A stretch of 64,000 bases of DNA from an uncultured Chloroflexia bacterium (GCA_963721655.1 CAVRKH010000008.1:65026-129025); one strand, 5' to 3'; shown: positions 9,457 through 20,613, counted from the first letter of the stretch. Translations and numbers: made by a program. The notes: a model not told the origin generated them from the sequence alone.

Positions 9457-10844
9457 ACGCGTCCACGCGCCGCGCCCTTGCGCCGCTGTTCGGCGCCCTG
9501 CTCCTGGCGGCTGTTGTCGCTCCGTCGGCGCTCGGCGCCGATTCGGGGGTCACGTTCGGCAAGCCGGAGGCGAGCTCGAAGTACGCGGAACGGATCGAGT
9601 TCGTCCAGCCGGTAGCGCTCGACAAGGCCATCGACCGGGCCGAGGTGCGCCTGACCTTCGCGGATCAGCCCGAGCCCCGTCGTCGTCGAGATGCCCGGCG
9701 TCGCCGCCGGGGCGCAGACCACTTCGTGAGCTAGCGTCGACTTCACCGATGGCGGGCACATCTACCCGAACACGCCCATCCGTGCGCAGTGGCGCGTGTA
9801 CGACGAGTCCGGAGGACCAGGACCGGCACGGACGGGCCGCCGGTCACGCTCACCTACGAGGACGATCGCTTCGACTGGAAGGTGCTCGAGGGAGACCTCG
9901 TCCGGGTCCACTGGTACGACGGCGACCAGGCGTTCGGTCGCAGCATCCTCGAGTTGGGTGAGAAAGCCGTCCGCGAGACGTCCGAGCTGCTCGGCGTGAC
10001 CGAAGAGGAGCCGATCGACTTCTACATCTACGCCGATCAGCAAGCGTTCTACGGCGCGCTCGATCCAAGCACGCAGGAGAACGTCGGTGGTCAGGCGCTG
10101 TCCGAGATCCGGACGCTCTTTGCCCAGATCGCCCCGGGCGGCGCAGATGATGCCGAGGTCGGTCGCGTGGTGCCGCACGAGCTCGTCCACCTCGTGTTCG
10201 ACACGGCGGTCAAGAACCCGTACCACTTCCCGCCACGCTGGCTGAACGAGGGCCTCGCGGTCTACCTCAGCGAGGGCAACGGCACCGAATACCGGGGCCC
10301 GCTCCAGGACGCCGTCAACAACAACTCGATCATCCCGCTGGACGGGATCGAGGGCCAGTTCCCGCGCACGTTCGAGCGGTTCTTCCTCGCCTACGCCGAG
10401 AGCGTGTCAGCGGTCGACTACCTGATCCGGACCCACGGCCGGGACGCGCTCGTGCAACTGATCCGCTCGTACGGCGAGGGCCGCACCGACGACGAGGCGT
10501 TCCGCGACGCGCTCGGGGTCGACGTCGAAGCATTCGGCGCGGCCTGGATGCAGGACATCGGCGCCACGCCACCCGAACGCTTCGGACCGCAGCCGGCGCC
10601 CGCCGGCCCGCAGCCGCCGGGGTGGGGCGAGGGCGGAGCCGCGCCACTGCCCGGAGCGCCAGTCGGCTCCGCGGATCCGGGTCCAGGCGCATCGGCCCCC
10701 GACGCGCCACCGAGCGCGGTCGACGACGAGGCGGCAGGCGATCGACCGGTCCGCCTCGCGCTGCTCCTCGCGGTCATCATCCTGGGCGGGGCGCTGGTGC
10801 TGGTGCTGGCGATCGCGCTGCGCCGCCGGCCGGCGCGGGCCTGA
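9444..10844 (+). pseudogene. Peptidase-MA-family zinc metalloprotease with C-terminal TM anchor (at least 3 frameshifts, 9670-9840)
   Basis: ATG 9444 overlaps the SBP stop. Signal peptide is MGRLNASTRRALAPLFGALLLAAVVAPSALG. The sequence hops through three frames, then reads VVPHELVHLVFD...WLNEGLAVYLSEG (HExxH...E) and a Pro-rich tail plus TM helix. Confidence 0.6.
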
Positions 10845-10850
10845 CCGACA

Positions 10851-11657
10851 ATGCCCGGAACGGGGCTTCGGAGCCGGGTCGGCGGCCGGTTGCGATCGAT
10901 CCCGAGCTGGCAGATCACGCTCGGTCTCGCGCTGCTCGGGCTCGGGTTCCTCATCGCGGCTCAGCTCGCCACCGAGCGGCCCCGCGTTCGGTACACCACC
11001 CAGGAGCGCGCGCCGCTCATCGAGACCGCGCTCGATCTCCAGGACCAGCAGGAGGCCCTGTCGGCGCAGGTACTCGAGCTCCGCGCCCAAATCCAGCAAC
11101 TCGAGCAGCAAGGGCAGGGGACCAGCGCGGCGATCGGCGCGCTGAACGACCAGCTCGAGGAGGCGCGGCTCGCGTCGGGCCTCATCCCGCTGCGCGGCAC
11201 CGGCGTCGTGTTCCAGCTCGAGGACTCAGCCGAGCCACCGGCAGCCGGCGAGAACGAGCTCGATTACCTGGTCTCCGCGCGCGATCTGCGCACGATGGTC
11301 GAGGAGCTCTGGCTGGCCGGGGCCGAGGCGGTTGCGATCAACGGCGAGCGCGTGGTGCCCACGACCGCGATCATCGACATCGGCGGGGTCGTCCTCGCCA
11401 ACTCCGCCTACCTGGCGCCGCCGTACCAGGTCGCGGCGATCGGTTCGGAGAACCTCTACGAGGACGTCGTCGGCTCGCCGGGCTTCGCCGACTTCGTCCG
11501 CGCTCGCCAGGACGCGTACGGGATCCGCATCGGCTACCTCGAGCCGGAGGCGGTCGACATCCCGGCGTTCGCGGGCACGGTCACCCTTCGCCACGCCCGG
11601 CCGGCGCCGTCCGAGCCGCCCGCGAGCGAGGCGCCGGCGTCCGGGTCGGGGGGCTAG
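10851..11657 (+). CDS. DUF881 domain-containing membrane protein
   Basis: Intact ORF with an N-terminal TM helix, a coiled-coil segment and the DUF881-type core (LIPLRGTGVVFQLED...DLRTMVEELWLAGAEAVAINGERV). Confidence 0.7.
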   Translation: MPGTGLRSRVGGRLRSIPSWQITLGLALLGLGFLIAAQLATERPRVRYTTQERAPLIETALDLQDQQEALSAQVLELRAQIQQLEQQGQGTSAAIGALNDQLEEARLASGLIPLRGTGVVFQLEDSAEPPAAGENELDYLVSARDLRTMVEELWLAGAEAVAINGERVVPTTAIIDIGGVVLANSAYLAPPYQVAAIGSENLYEDVVGSPGFADFVRARQDAYGIRIGYLEPEAVDIPAFAGTVTLRHARPAPSEPPASEAPASGSGG

Positions 11658-11666
11658 GGGGACCCG

Positions 11667-12341
11667 ATGCGCAGGCTGCGGAACCAGGTCACGATCGCGG
11701 CGGTGTCGTTCATCCTGGGCCTGCTCGTCGTCATCCAGCTGCGGGCACAGGCCGCCGGATCCGGGCTCGGCGCGATGTCGTCACAGGACCTGACGGTCTT
11801 CGTCGCCAACCTCAACGCCGGGCTCGACCAGCGCCGCCAGGAGATCGCGGCGCTCGAACGTGACCTGGCGACCCTTTCGGCCAACGCGGATCGCGGCGTC
11901 GTGTCGCTCGGGCAGGTCCGGGACGAGCTCGGGTCCATCCGCGCGTACGCGGGCCTCGATGCCGTCGTCGGGCCGGGCGTCACGGTGACCGTGGACGGGC
12001 CGATCGACGGGCCCGCGGTCGAGGACCTGATCAACGAGCTGCGCAACGCCGGCGCCGAGGCGATCGCGATCGACGGCGTCCGCCTCGTCGCGGGTTCGGT
12101 GGTGACCGGCGGACCGGGCGAGGTCGCGGTCGAGGGCGATCGACTCGACGATCCGTTCACGGTCTCCGCAATCGGCGGGTCCGAGACGCTGACCGGGTCG
12201 CTGACGCGGATCGGCGGGATCGTCGCCCAGGTCGCCGCCACGTATCCCGAGGTGACCCTCACCGTGACGCCCGTGACGCGCCTGGAGCTGCCTGCCACCA
12301 CGCGGGTGCTCGTCCCGAAACACGGCGGCCCACGACTCTGA
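11667..12341 (+). CDS. DUF881 domain-containing membrane protein (second paralogue)
   Basis: Intact ORF with the same architecture (VVGPGVTVTVDGP...DLINELRNAGAEAIAIDGVRL). Confidence 0.7.
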   Translation: MRRLRNQVTIAAVSFILGLLVVIQLRAQAAGSGLGAMSSQDLTVFVANLNAGLDQRRQEIAALERDLATLSANADRGVVSLGQVRDELGSIRAYAGLDAVVGPGVTVTVDGPIDGPAVEDLINELRNAGAEAIAIDGVRLVAGSVVTGGPGEVAVEGDRLDDPFTVSAIGGSETLTGSLTRIGGIVAQVAATYPEVTLTVTPVTRLELPATTRVLVPKHGGPRL

Positions 12342-12372
12342 CCCCGTCCTCTTTGTTACGCTGACGCGCCGA

Positions 12373-12639
12373 ATGCCGAACCAGCCCGTCCTCGAGCTGC
12401 TCCTGGGCGATGTCGTCCGGCTCAAGCGACCCCACCCCTGCGGCAACGACACCTGGACCGTCGACCGCCTGGGCGCGGACATCGGCCTCCGCTGCCGGGG
12501 GTGCCGTCGTCACGTGCTGCTGGAACGGCGGGCGCTCGAACGCCGGCTCGTGGAGTTCGTGGAGCGGGGTGATCCCGCGCTGACCGCCGCGGTCTCGCCG
12601 TCGGACGAGGGCAGACACGGCCGGCTCGGGCGAGCCGGC
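12373..12639 (+). CDS. DUF951-like small protein (no stop codon; reads in frame into the next MFS gene)
   Basis: LGDVVRLKRPHPCGNDTWTVDRLGADIGLRCRGCRRHVLLERRALERRL matches the four-Cys DUF951 pattern. There is no in-frame stop before ATG 12640. Confidence 0.5.
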
Positions 12640-14163
12640 ATGACCGTCGCCCAGGAACCGATCGCCGAGCAGCCGAGCGCCTTCGAGGTCTTCAAGCACC
12701 GCCATTTCCTGCGGCTCTGGCTGGCGCAGCTCGTCACCCAGATCGGCGGCAACATGGTGTTGTTCGCCCTGATCCTGATCGTGCGGGATGCAACGGGCTC
12801 GAACTCCGCCAACGCACTGCTGATCCTGACGTTCCTCGTCCCGGCCGTGCTCCTGTCCGCGGTCGCCGGGGTCTACGTCGACCGGATCGACCGGCGCCTG
12901 ATCCTCATCGGGACGAACCTGATCCGCGGCGTGCTGTTCATCGGGCTGTGGGCCGTCGGCGGCAACTTCTGGCTGATCATCCTGCTGAACACCGCGATCT
13001 CGATCGTCAACGTGTTCTTCTCGCCGGCCGAAGCAGCGATGATCCCGGAGGTCGTGCCGCGCAAGCTGCTGACGGCCGCGAACGGCATCTTCATCCTCAC
13101 CCTCAACGCCGCGTTCGCGCTCGGCTTCGCCCTGCTTGGCCCGCTCGTCGTCAACATCACGGGCTCGGCCGAGACGGTGATCCTCATCGTGGCGTTGCTG
13201 TTCTTCGTGGCGACGATCGCGTGCGTGGCGCTTCCTTCGGCCCCGCCGTCGGGCGAGCACGCCCCGGGCTCGCACGAAGGGGCGTTCGGCGCCGTCGTCG
13301 ATGCCGAGCATGCGGTCGCGTCGACCCTCGCCGAATTGCGCGAGGGGATCGGGTTCATCCAGAGCCACCGCACCATCAGCTGGTCGCTGGTGTACCTCGG
13401 CATCACGGCTTCGCTGGTCGGCGTGCTCGGCGTGCTCGGTCCCGATTTCGCCGAAGAGACGCTCGGGCTCACCGCGAAGGATCTGGCCGTCGTGGTCCTG
13501 CCGATGGGGTTCGGGATCGTGATGGGCATCCTGCTGCTCAACGCCTATGGCAAGTACGTCCCGCGTCGCCGCGTCATCGAGGGTGGCCTGATTTCGCTCG
13601 GCGTCGGCCTCTTGCTGCTGTCGATCGCCGGCCGGATCAGCGCGTTCCTCTCGAATGCCGAGGCGCAATCAGATCTCCTTGACCTGTCCTCCGTGACCTC
13701 GCTGCTGGGAGTCGTCGTGGTGCTGGCGTTCTTCGCGGGGATCGCCTATGGCTTCGTCGCGATCCCGTCGCAGACGCAGCTCCAGGAGGACCTGCCGGAG
13801 GATGTCCGGGGCCGCGTCTTCGGCGTGCTGAACATGCTGGTGTCGATCGCCAGCTTCCTGCCGATCATCATCGTCGGGCCGTTGTCGGACCTGGTCGGGA
13901 CGACGGTGGTGATCCTGGCGGTGGCCACCTCGATCCTCATCGCCGGCATCGCCTCGGTCGTTGTCCGCGGACCGCTCCGGCCGGAGGAGTCCGAAACCGT
14001 GGCCGATCCGCACGCGGTCGACCCGATCGCCGCGGCCCTCGGGGCCGACCGGCCAACCTGGTACGAGGCTGAATCGAAGAGCCCGTCCGGCGCCGATCCT
14101 GTGGGCACCGCCGTCGGCGAAACGCCGGCATCAATCGGCGTGGACACCCCCGATCGGGACTGA
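12640..14163 (+). CDS. MFS transporter
   Basis: About 12 TM segments starting FKHRHFLRLWLAQLVTQIGGNMVLFALILIV. Intact to TGA 14161-14163. Confidence 0.75.
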   Translation: MTVAQEPIAEQPSAFEVFKHRHFLRLWLAQLVTQIGGNMVLFALILIVRDATGSNSANALLILTFLVPAVLLSAVAGVYVDRIDRRLILIGTNLIRGVLFIGLWAVGGNFWLIILLNTAISIVNVFFSPAEAAMIPEVVPRKLLTAANGIFILTLNAAFALGFALLGPLVVNITGSAETVILIVALLFFVATIACVALPSAPPSGEHAPGSHEGAFGAVVDAEHAVASTLAELREGIGFIQSHRTISWSLVYLGITASLVGVLGVLGPDFAEETLGLTAKDLAVVVLPMGFGIVMGILLLNAYGKYVPRRRVIEGGLISLGVGLLLLSIAGRISAFLSNAEAQSDLLDLSSVTSLLGVVVVLAFFAGIAYGFVAIPSQTQLQEDLPEDVRGRVFGVLNMLVSIASFLPIIIVGPLSDLVGTTVVILAVATSILIAGIASVVVRGPLRPEESETVADPHAVDPIAAALGADRPTWYEAESKSPSGADPVGTAVGETPASIGVDTPDRD

Positions 14164-14167
14164 CCGC

Positions 14168-15150
14168 GTGCCACGCGTCGCGGTCGTCTTCACCGGCGGG
14201 ACGATCTCGATGCAGCACGACCCGCTGGCCGGCGGCAACGTGCCGGCGCTGGATGGAGCGGCGATCCTCGCCCGGACACCCGGACTCGACGCGTTCGCCG
14301 CGGTCGAGGCGATCGACCTCGGGCTCACCCCGGCCAGTCACTTCACGTTCTCGACACTGATCGAGATCGCGGCAACGCTCCGCGAGCGACTGGCGGACCC
14401 GGACGTGGCCGGCGCGGTGGTCGTCCAGGGCACGGACACGATCGAGGAGACCGCCTTCGCCTGGGACCTCCTGCTCGACGACCCGAAACCCGTGGTGGTG
14501 ACCGGGGCCATGCGCACGCCGGACCGCCCCGACTACGACGGGCCGGCCAACCTGCGCGGCGCCGTCGCGGCGGCGGCATCCCCGAGCTGCGCGACCAGGG
14601 GGTCGTGGTGTCACTCGCCGGTTCGCTCGAGGCGGCCGACGATGTCGTGAAGTTGCATACGTCGGCGCTCGACACGTTCCAGAGCCCGAACTGGGGATCG
14701 CTCGGGCGGGTGGGGGAGCGGGGTGTCTCCGTCGTGCGGCGGCGCGGCCGGCGGCGGCACGTGTCCGCCACCCGGGCCGCGGAACGGGTCCACCTCGTGA
14801 CGGTGACCGTGGGCATGGACGGGTCGTTGATCGACGCGGCCGCCGGCGCGGGTGCCGACGCGATCGTCGTCGCGGCCACCGGGGCAGGCAATACGTCGCC
14901 GGCGGTGCTCGCGGCGGCGGAGCGCGCGATGGCCGCGGGCATCCCCGTGGTCCTCGCATCCAGTTGCCTGGCCGGCCGCGCAACGACCGACTACGCGTTC
15001 CCGGGCGGCGGCGCGACGTGGGCACGGGCCGGCGCGATCCTCGCGGGGACGTTGTGTGCGCTAAAGGTTCGCGTCGCGGTCGCACTCGGCCTCGGGGCCG
15101 GGCTGGATCACGAGGGCCTCCGGGCGCTGCTGGCCGACCCGCTACCCTGA
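14168..15150 (+). CDS. L-asparaginase, type I-like (frameshift ~14580 at a CCCC run)
   Basis: VAVVFTGGTISM (active-site TGGT), VVVQGTDTIEETAF, VVVTGAMR. It continues in another frame as ELRDQGVVVSLAGSLEAADDVVKLHT.... Confidence 0.75.
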
Positions 15151-15154
15151 CCCG

Positions 15155-16819
15155 ATGCCACTCGACGCGCTGGTCACGGGGCGGATCGCGACCCTTGCCG
15201 ACGGCGCGAGCGATGGCTTCGGGTGGGTGGAGGCAATCGGGATTCGCGACGGGCGCGTTGCGTTCGCCGGCTCGGAGGTCTACATCGAGACGCGGGCCGA
15301 CCCGCTCACCGAGCGGATCGCGCTCGAGCCGGACCAGGTGGCGATCCCCGGTCTGACCGACGCGCACCTGCATCTCGCGGAGGCCGGGATCGCCGCGCGC
15401 CACGTTGACCTCCACGGCGCGGGCTCGCTCGAGGACGGGATGGCGCGCATCGGCGCTGCCCACAGGCGGTTGACCGATGCCGACGCGTGGCTGGAGGGGT
15501 TCGGCTGGGACGTCGACCGGTGGGGCCGCTGGCCGACTGCCGACGACCTCGAGCGGGTCGCGCCCGGTCGGCGGGTCGCACTGTGGGCGCACGACCATCA
15601 CGGTCTGCTCGTCAGCCACGCGGCGCTGCAGACGGCAGGGCTGGACGCCACCACGCCGGACCCGGCCGGGGGCGTGATCCGTCGGGCCGATGACGGCGCT
15701 CCGACCGGCGTGCTCCTGGAGGCCGCCGCACGGCTCGTGACCGTCCACATCCCGCTCGACAGCCAGGCCGACGTCGAAGCGGGGATCGTGACCGTGGCCC
15801 GCGAGCTGGTGTCGCTGGGCGTCGTCGCCTGTCACGACCCCGGCGGCGTGACGCCCGACCCCGACCTGACGCGGTCGTTCCCGGCCTACGCGAGCCTGAC
15901 CGAAGCCGGACGCCTTCCGATCCGCGTCCACGTGTCGATCCGGGACGACGCGCTCGGGACCGCCCGCGCTCGTGGCGTCCGCAGCGGTCAGCTCCTCGGG
16001 AACAACCCCGGCAGCAAGGCGCGGGTGGGCTGGCTGAAGCTGTTCGCCGATGGCGCCCTCACGTCGCGAACCGCGGCGCTGCTCGAGGACTACGAGGAAG
16101 AGCCGGGACGACCGCTCCCGGAGGACCGCCGGCGGGGCGTCTGGATGACCGAGCCGGCGCAGCTCGAGGAGCTCGTTCGGCGCGCTGCCGGCGCGGGCAT
16201 CCATGCCCAGATCCACGCGATCGGCGACGCGGCGGTCCGCGCTGCGCTCGACGTGCTCGAAAGCGTCAGCGATTTCGGCGGCGGGATCGGGATGATGCCC
16301 CGCATCGAGCACGCCCAGATGATCCCGCCCGGCGACGGCCCGCGGTTCGCGAGCGCCGGGATCGCGGCGAGCGTCCAGCCGGTCCACCTCCGAACGGATG
16401 CGCCCGGAGCGCGCCGGGCCTGGGGCGAACGGGCCGAGCGCGAGGCGTTCGCGTGGAGCGAGCTGGTCGCCAGCGGGGCCGTCATTGCCTTCGGCACCGA
16501 CGCGCCGGTCGAGCCGTTCGACCCGTGGCCGGGCATCGCGATCGCCGTCGCCCGCCGGGATGCCTCGTGGGGATCGGACGCCGGCGCCTTCGGGCCCGGT
16601 GAGGCGTTCACCCTCGCCCGCGCGCTGCGCGCGGCCTGCGTCGATCCGGCGGTCTCGGCCGGGGAGGCGGACCGCGGCAGGCTGACGGTCGGCCAGCGTG
16701 CCGATGTGGTCGTGCTGCCTGCGGCGGCCCTCGACGAGCCCGTCGAGCCGGGTGGCGCTCTCGCCACGGCCCGCCCGGACATCGTGCTCATCGACGGGAA
16801 GGTCGTCTTCGAGCGCTAG
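15155..16819 (+). CDS. Amidohydrolase-family metal-dependent hydrolase
   Basis: Intact 554-aa ORF. PGLTDAHLHLAEAG (HxH metal motif) and overall length fit the amidohydrolase-3 type. Confidence 0.7.
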   Translation: MPLDALVTGRIATLADGASDGFGWVEAIGIRDGRVAFAGSEVYIETRADPLTERIALEPDQVAIPGLTDAHLHLAEAGIAARHVDLHGAGSLEDGMARIGAAHRRLTDADAWLEGFGWDVDRWGRWPTADDLERVAPGRRVALWAHDHHGLLVSHAALQTAGLDATTPDPAGGVIRRADDGAPTGVLLEAAARLVTVHIPLDSQADVEAGIVTVARELVSLGVVACHDPGGVTPDPDLTRSFPAYASLTEAGRLPIRVHVSIRDDALGTARARGVRSGQLLGNNPGSKARVGWLKLFADGALTSRTAALLEDYEEEPGRPLPEDRRRGVWMTEPAQLEELVRRAAGAGIHAQIHAIGDAAVRAALDVLESVSDFGGGIGMMPRIEHAQMIPPGDGPRFASAGIAASVQPVHLRTDAPGARRAWGERAEREAFAWSELVASGAVIAFGTDAPVEPFDPWPGIAIAVARRDASWGSDAGAFGPGEAFTLARALRAACVDPAVSAGEADRGRLTVGQRADVVVLPAAALDEPVEPGGALATARPDIVLIDGKVVFER

Positions 16820-18208
16820 CCAGCCTTGACGACGCTGCCCGGCTTGTTCAACTCCCGGCGCGCATCGGCGAACAGGCCGTTGAGGATGCGCGAGGTCGAT
16901 GGGAAGGCGTGGATCGTCTCGGCCAGGGTCTCGACCGGGACCCGTGCCTTGATCGCGAGGACGCATTCGTGGATCGCAGCCGAGGCGTCCGGCACGGCCA
17001 TGGAGGCCCCGGCCAGCTCGCGCGTGGCCCGGTCGACGACGATCGTGACGTGGCCGAATTCGGCCTCCACGGAGTAACCCTTGGCCGTCTTCGCGAAGTC
17101 GGCGACGAGCTCGAAGGCATCGATGCCGCGCCTCGCGCGCCTGGTCGAGCGTCACGCCGACCGAGGCCGCCTCGGGGTCCGTGTAGGTCGCACGCGGCAG
17201 CGCGCGGTAGTCGGGTTCGATCGCTTCGCCGAGCGCCATCCGGACTGCGAGCTCACCCTGGTAGTGACCCTGGTGGGTGTGCAGCTCCGGGCCGGCCGAG
17301 TCGCCGGCCATCCACAGCCCGTCCGCCACGCGCAGCCGGCCGTCGTGCGGGACGCCGTCCCGCTTCGAGGCGTCGAGCCCGTAGTGCTCGAGGCCGAGGC
17401 CCTCCAGCCCGAGATCGCGCCCGACGGCCAGCAGGATCACGTGCCCTTCGACCGTCGTTCCGTCGTCGAGCTCGACGACGTGGGCGCCAGCGGCACCCTG
17501 ACCGGCGCGTGCCCGCTGCGCCCGCGCGCCCGTCCGCAGGATCACCCCGTCGCGGAGCAACGCGGCGGTGAGCGCCTCCGCGTTGCGGATGTGATCGGTC
17601 GGGAGGATCCGAGGGCCCGACTGGCAAACCGTCGTCGGGACGCCGAACCGAGCAAACACCTGCGCCAGCTCGACGCCGGTCGGCCCGCCGCCGAGGACGA
17701 GCAGCGAGCGTGGCAGCTCCCGGGCGAGCGTCGCCTGGCGGTTCGTCCACGGCTTCGTCTCGGCAAGACCGTCGATCGGCGGGACCTTGGACGAGGACCC
17801 TGTCGCGACGATGACGTTGTCGCCTTCGAGGGTCACGGTGCCGTCCGGGCCGTCCACCTCGACCCGGCCCTTCCCGACGATCCGCGCGGCGCCACGGAAC
17901 GTCCTGGCGCCGGCAGCCTCCAGGGCCTTGACGTGGCTCGTGTCGTCGGGCTCGTCGGCGTCGGGTGCGCGGTTGACCATGTAGTCGCGCCGGGCCGATG
18001 CCTTCGACCACGGCTCAGCCCCCCCTGCGTGGTGCACGGCCGCGGAGTGGAGCAGCGACTTCGACGGGACGCAGCCGATGTGCGGGCAGCTCCCGCCGAA
18101 CCACAGGCGGTCGACGACGGCCACGGTTGCATCGAGCTCTCGTGCCTTGAATGCGGCCGCCTCGCCGGCCGGACCGGCCCCGATGACGACGAACTGGAAC
18201 CGATCCAT
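16816..18208 (-). CDS. FAD-dependent pyridine nucleotide-disulfide oxidoreductase, Lpd/MerA-like (frameshift ~17128)
   Basis: ATG 18208 follows GGGAGGTGG. FVVIGAGPAGEAAA (FAD fold) and the redox-active GGSCPHIGCVPSK are present. The dimerisation domain (FGHVTIVVDRATRELAGASM...) is in a second frame, ORF 16816-17070. Confidence 0.75.
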
Positions 18209-18237
18209 CCCCGGTGCCACCTCCCTTCGGCGTGACC

Positions 18238-19074
18238 TTACACGGCCGGGCGCCCGCGCTGGCGCCGCGCCTCGTACAGGAGCACGGCGGCGGTCACCGA
18301 GACGTTGAGGCTGTCGGCGATCCCGAGCATCGGCAGGCTGACGGTTTCGATCCCGGCTCCCGCCCACTGCTCCGTCAGACCGTCCGTCTCGCTTCCCAGC
18401 GCGATCGCGAGCGGCCCGCGCAGGTCGGCGTCGGCGTAGGCCGCCGGCGCGTCGACGCGTGTCGCGACGATCCGGATCTCGCGCTCACGCAACCAGGCGA
18501 TGACCGCGTCGGCCGGCGCGACGGCAAGGGGCACACCAAAGACCGTGCCCGCGCTCGCGCGGATGACGTTCGGGTTGAACGGGTCGGTGCGGGCGTCGGC
18601 CACGATCAGGGCATCCGCGCCGGCCCCATCGGCGCTGCGCAGGACGGCCCCGAGGTTGCCCGGCTTCTCGACGCCTTCGAGCACGACGACGAGGGGATCG
18701 GCCGGCAGGTGCAGGTCGTCGAGGGCGAGCGACGGCACGCGCACGACGGCCACGAGTCCTTCGGCGCGCTCGCCGAACGCAAGCTTCTCGAAGACGGTTG
18801 GGCTTGTCGTCGTGATCCGCACGCCGGCCTCGGTGAGGCGGTCGAGCGCAGCCCGCGCGTCGGCCCCCTGGAGCAGCGGCACGCACACGAACGCCTCGTC
18901 GATCACCGCCCCCGATTCGATCGCCCGGCGCACCTCGCGCGCGCCGTCGACGATCGTCCGACCCGTGCGGTCCCGATCGCGTCGGTCGCGCAGCCCGGCG
19001 ACGGCCTTCACCCTGGGATTGGCGGTGCTCGTGATGTCGGGTGTTGCGTCGGCGGGCTGCATGGCAGCCATCAT
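18238..19074 (-). CDS. TrmH/SpoU-family RNA 2'-O-methyltransferase
   Basis: C-terminal part of track ORF 18238-19773. VVLEGVEKPGNLGAVLRSADGAG and LGSETDGL...IPMLGIADSLNVSVTAAVLLYE are SpoU motifs. Confidence 0.75.
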   Translation of the reverse strand: MMAAMQPADATPDITSTANPRVKAVAGLRDRRDRDRTGRTIVDGAREVRRAIESGAVIDEAFVCVPLLQGADARAALDRLTEAGVRITTTSPTVFEKLAFGERAEGLVAVVRVPSLALDDLHLPADPLVVVLEGVEKPGNLGAVLRSADGAGADALIVADARTDPFNPNVIRASAGTVFGVPLAVAPADAVIAWLREREIRIVATRVDAPAAYADADLRGPLAIALGSETDGLTEQWAGAGIETVSLPMLGIADSLNVSVTAAVLLYEARRQRGRPAV

Positions 19075-19908
19075 CGCGTCCCCGGCCAGCGAGCGAATGC
19101 CCCGAGGTCGAGCGTGGCGCCGGTCCGTGCCGTCACCTCCAGCGCACCCCGATCGATGTCGGCGTCCGCGACCCCGAACGGCGCCGCAAGCTCGGCGGCG
19201 AGTTGTTCGGGGCCGAAGCCCGGGGTGTGGGCGGTCAGCAGCACGAACCCCTTCGGGGCGTCGACCAGCTGCGCAACCTGATGGAGCAGGGGAGCGAGGT
19301 CGTCCTCGAGCCGCCACCCACGACCCCGCGGGCCGTGGCCGTAACTCGGCGGGTCGAGCACGACACCGTCGTAGCGCCGGCCACGCCGGACCTCGCGTGC
19401 GACGAAGGCCGCCGCATCGTCGACGATCCAGCGGACCGGCCGCCCGCCGAGCCCCGACAACTCTGCGTTCCGCCGCGCCCAGGCGACCGTCGGCCGGGAT
19501 GCGTCGACGTGGACGACCGATGCGCCTTCCGTCGCCGCGACCAGCGTCGCCAGGCCGGAGTACGCGAACAGGTTGAGCACGGCCATGCCTTGCGCAGCCC
19601 GGTCCCGGAGCCACGCCCACGACTCCTGCTGTTCCGGGAACAGGCCCACCTGGCCCGTCTCGGTCTGGCGCAGCTCGATGGTCAGACCGTCGATCCCGAT
19701 CTGCCACGGGTCCCCGGTGTCCGGCCCGGTCCAGCCGCGTCCCGACTCGTACTTCAGGGTTGCGCTTCGCCACGCGCCTGGATCACCGCGCGGCCCCTCA
19801 GCGCCCGGATGCGGCCGCGATCACGATCCGCGCCCCGAACCGCTCGAGGCGCATGCCGTCGCCGACGTCGAGCAGCTCGTAGTCGTCCACGGCCCCATGA
19901 TCGGGCAC
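19071..19908 (-). CDS. Class I SAM-dependent (RlmI-like) methyltransferase (frameshift ~19805)
   Basis: DDYELLDVGDGMRLERFG, then after the shift, GLFPEQQESW...VLNLFAYSGLATLVAA...YDGVVLDPPSYG. Its stop overlaps the TrmH start. Confidence 0.6.
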
Positions 19909-20021
19909 GGTCGGCGTCGGCGCCTGACTTCGGACCGTCGTATGCACACCAGGTCTATCTGGGCGCAGTCCTGCTGCGTATACGGCGCACACCGAATCCA
20001 CGGTCCTGCCACCATCTCGCG

Positions 20022-20567
20022 GTGAAGCTGCGGATCGCTGGCCTCGGTCTCGCCCTCGTCGCAATCGCGGGATGCGGCGATCTTGTACCGACCCCAAAAC
20101 CACCACCACCGCTGGTCTCCCCAGCCGGTCCCCAGATCGACGCCGCGGCGTGGGCCGTTGCGATGTGCCAGTCGGTCGATCAGCTCGAGCAGGCCGTCGG
20201 CGACCCGACGACCGGGCAACGCTCAGCGGCGTGGCAGGAGCTCGAGACGGCGCTCACCGGCGGCGACGAGGCACGGCTGAAGGCGGCCGCGAACGGTGTC
20301 CTCGGCCACCTGACCGAGGGCTCACGCCAGGCCGCAAGCGCAACCGGGTTTCCGCCGGGCTCGGCTGCCGCTTCGGAGCTCCAGTCGTTGCACGATGGGC
20401 TGGCGGACGGTGTCCGCACCATGCGCGACGGGACGATCGAATGCTCGGTCGAACGCGTCAACGAGGGGCGGAACCTCGTCGACGCGGCGTACGAGGGGCA
20501 CTACGAGCAGGCGCTCGGCCAGATGCGCCAGGTACCCCTCGCTGGCGTGCCGCTTCCCTGCGGCTGA
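20022..20567 (+). CDS. Lipoprotein of unknown function
   Basis: GTG 20022. VKLRIAGLGLALVAIAGCGD contains a lipobox. The rest of track ORF 19041-20567 upstream is antisense to the methyltransferase genes. Confidence 0.5.
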   Translation: MKLRIAGLGLALVAIAGCGDLVPTPKPPPPLVSPAGPQIDAAAWAVAMCQSVDQLEQAVGDPTTGQRSAAWQELETALTGGDEARLKAAANGVLGHLTEGSRQAASATGFPPGSAAASELQSLHDGLADGVRTMRDGTIECSVERVNEGRNLVDAAYEGHYEQALGQMRQVPLAGVPLPCG

Positions 20568-20583
20568 GCCCATTCCGGGTCCG

Positions 20584-20613
20584 TTGTGACGGCTCCGGGC
20601 TTCGGGGTAGAAT
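20584..20613 (+). promoter_or_regulatory. Candidate sigma-70-type promoter upstream of tRNA-Val
   Basis: TTGTGA (20584-20589), an 18-nt spacer, then TAGAAT (20608-20613). This lies about 110 nt upstream of the tRNA. Confidence 0.35.

Noticed and set aside
13937-18367. A 1476-aa ORF on the minus strand, the longest in the track
   Set aside because: Only its N-terminal ~360 aa (18208 down to ~17130) is real: the FAD-dependent disulfide oxidoreductase. After a frameshift the frame stays open by GC bias. It runs antisense through the amidohydrolase, asparaginase and MFS genes with Arg/Pro/Gly-rich nonsense composition.
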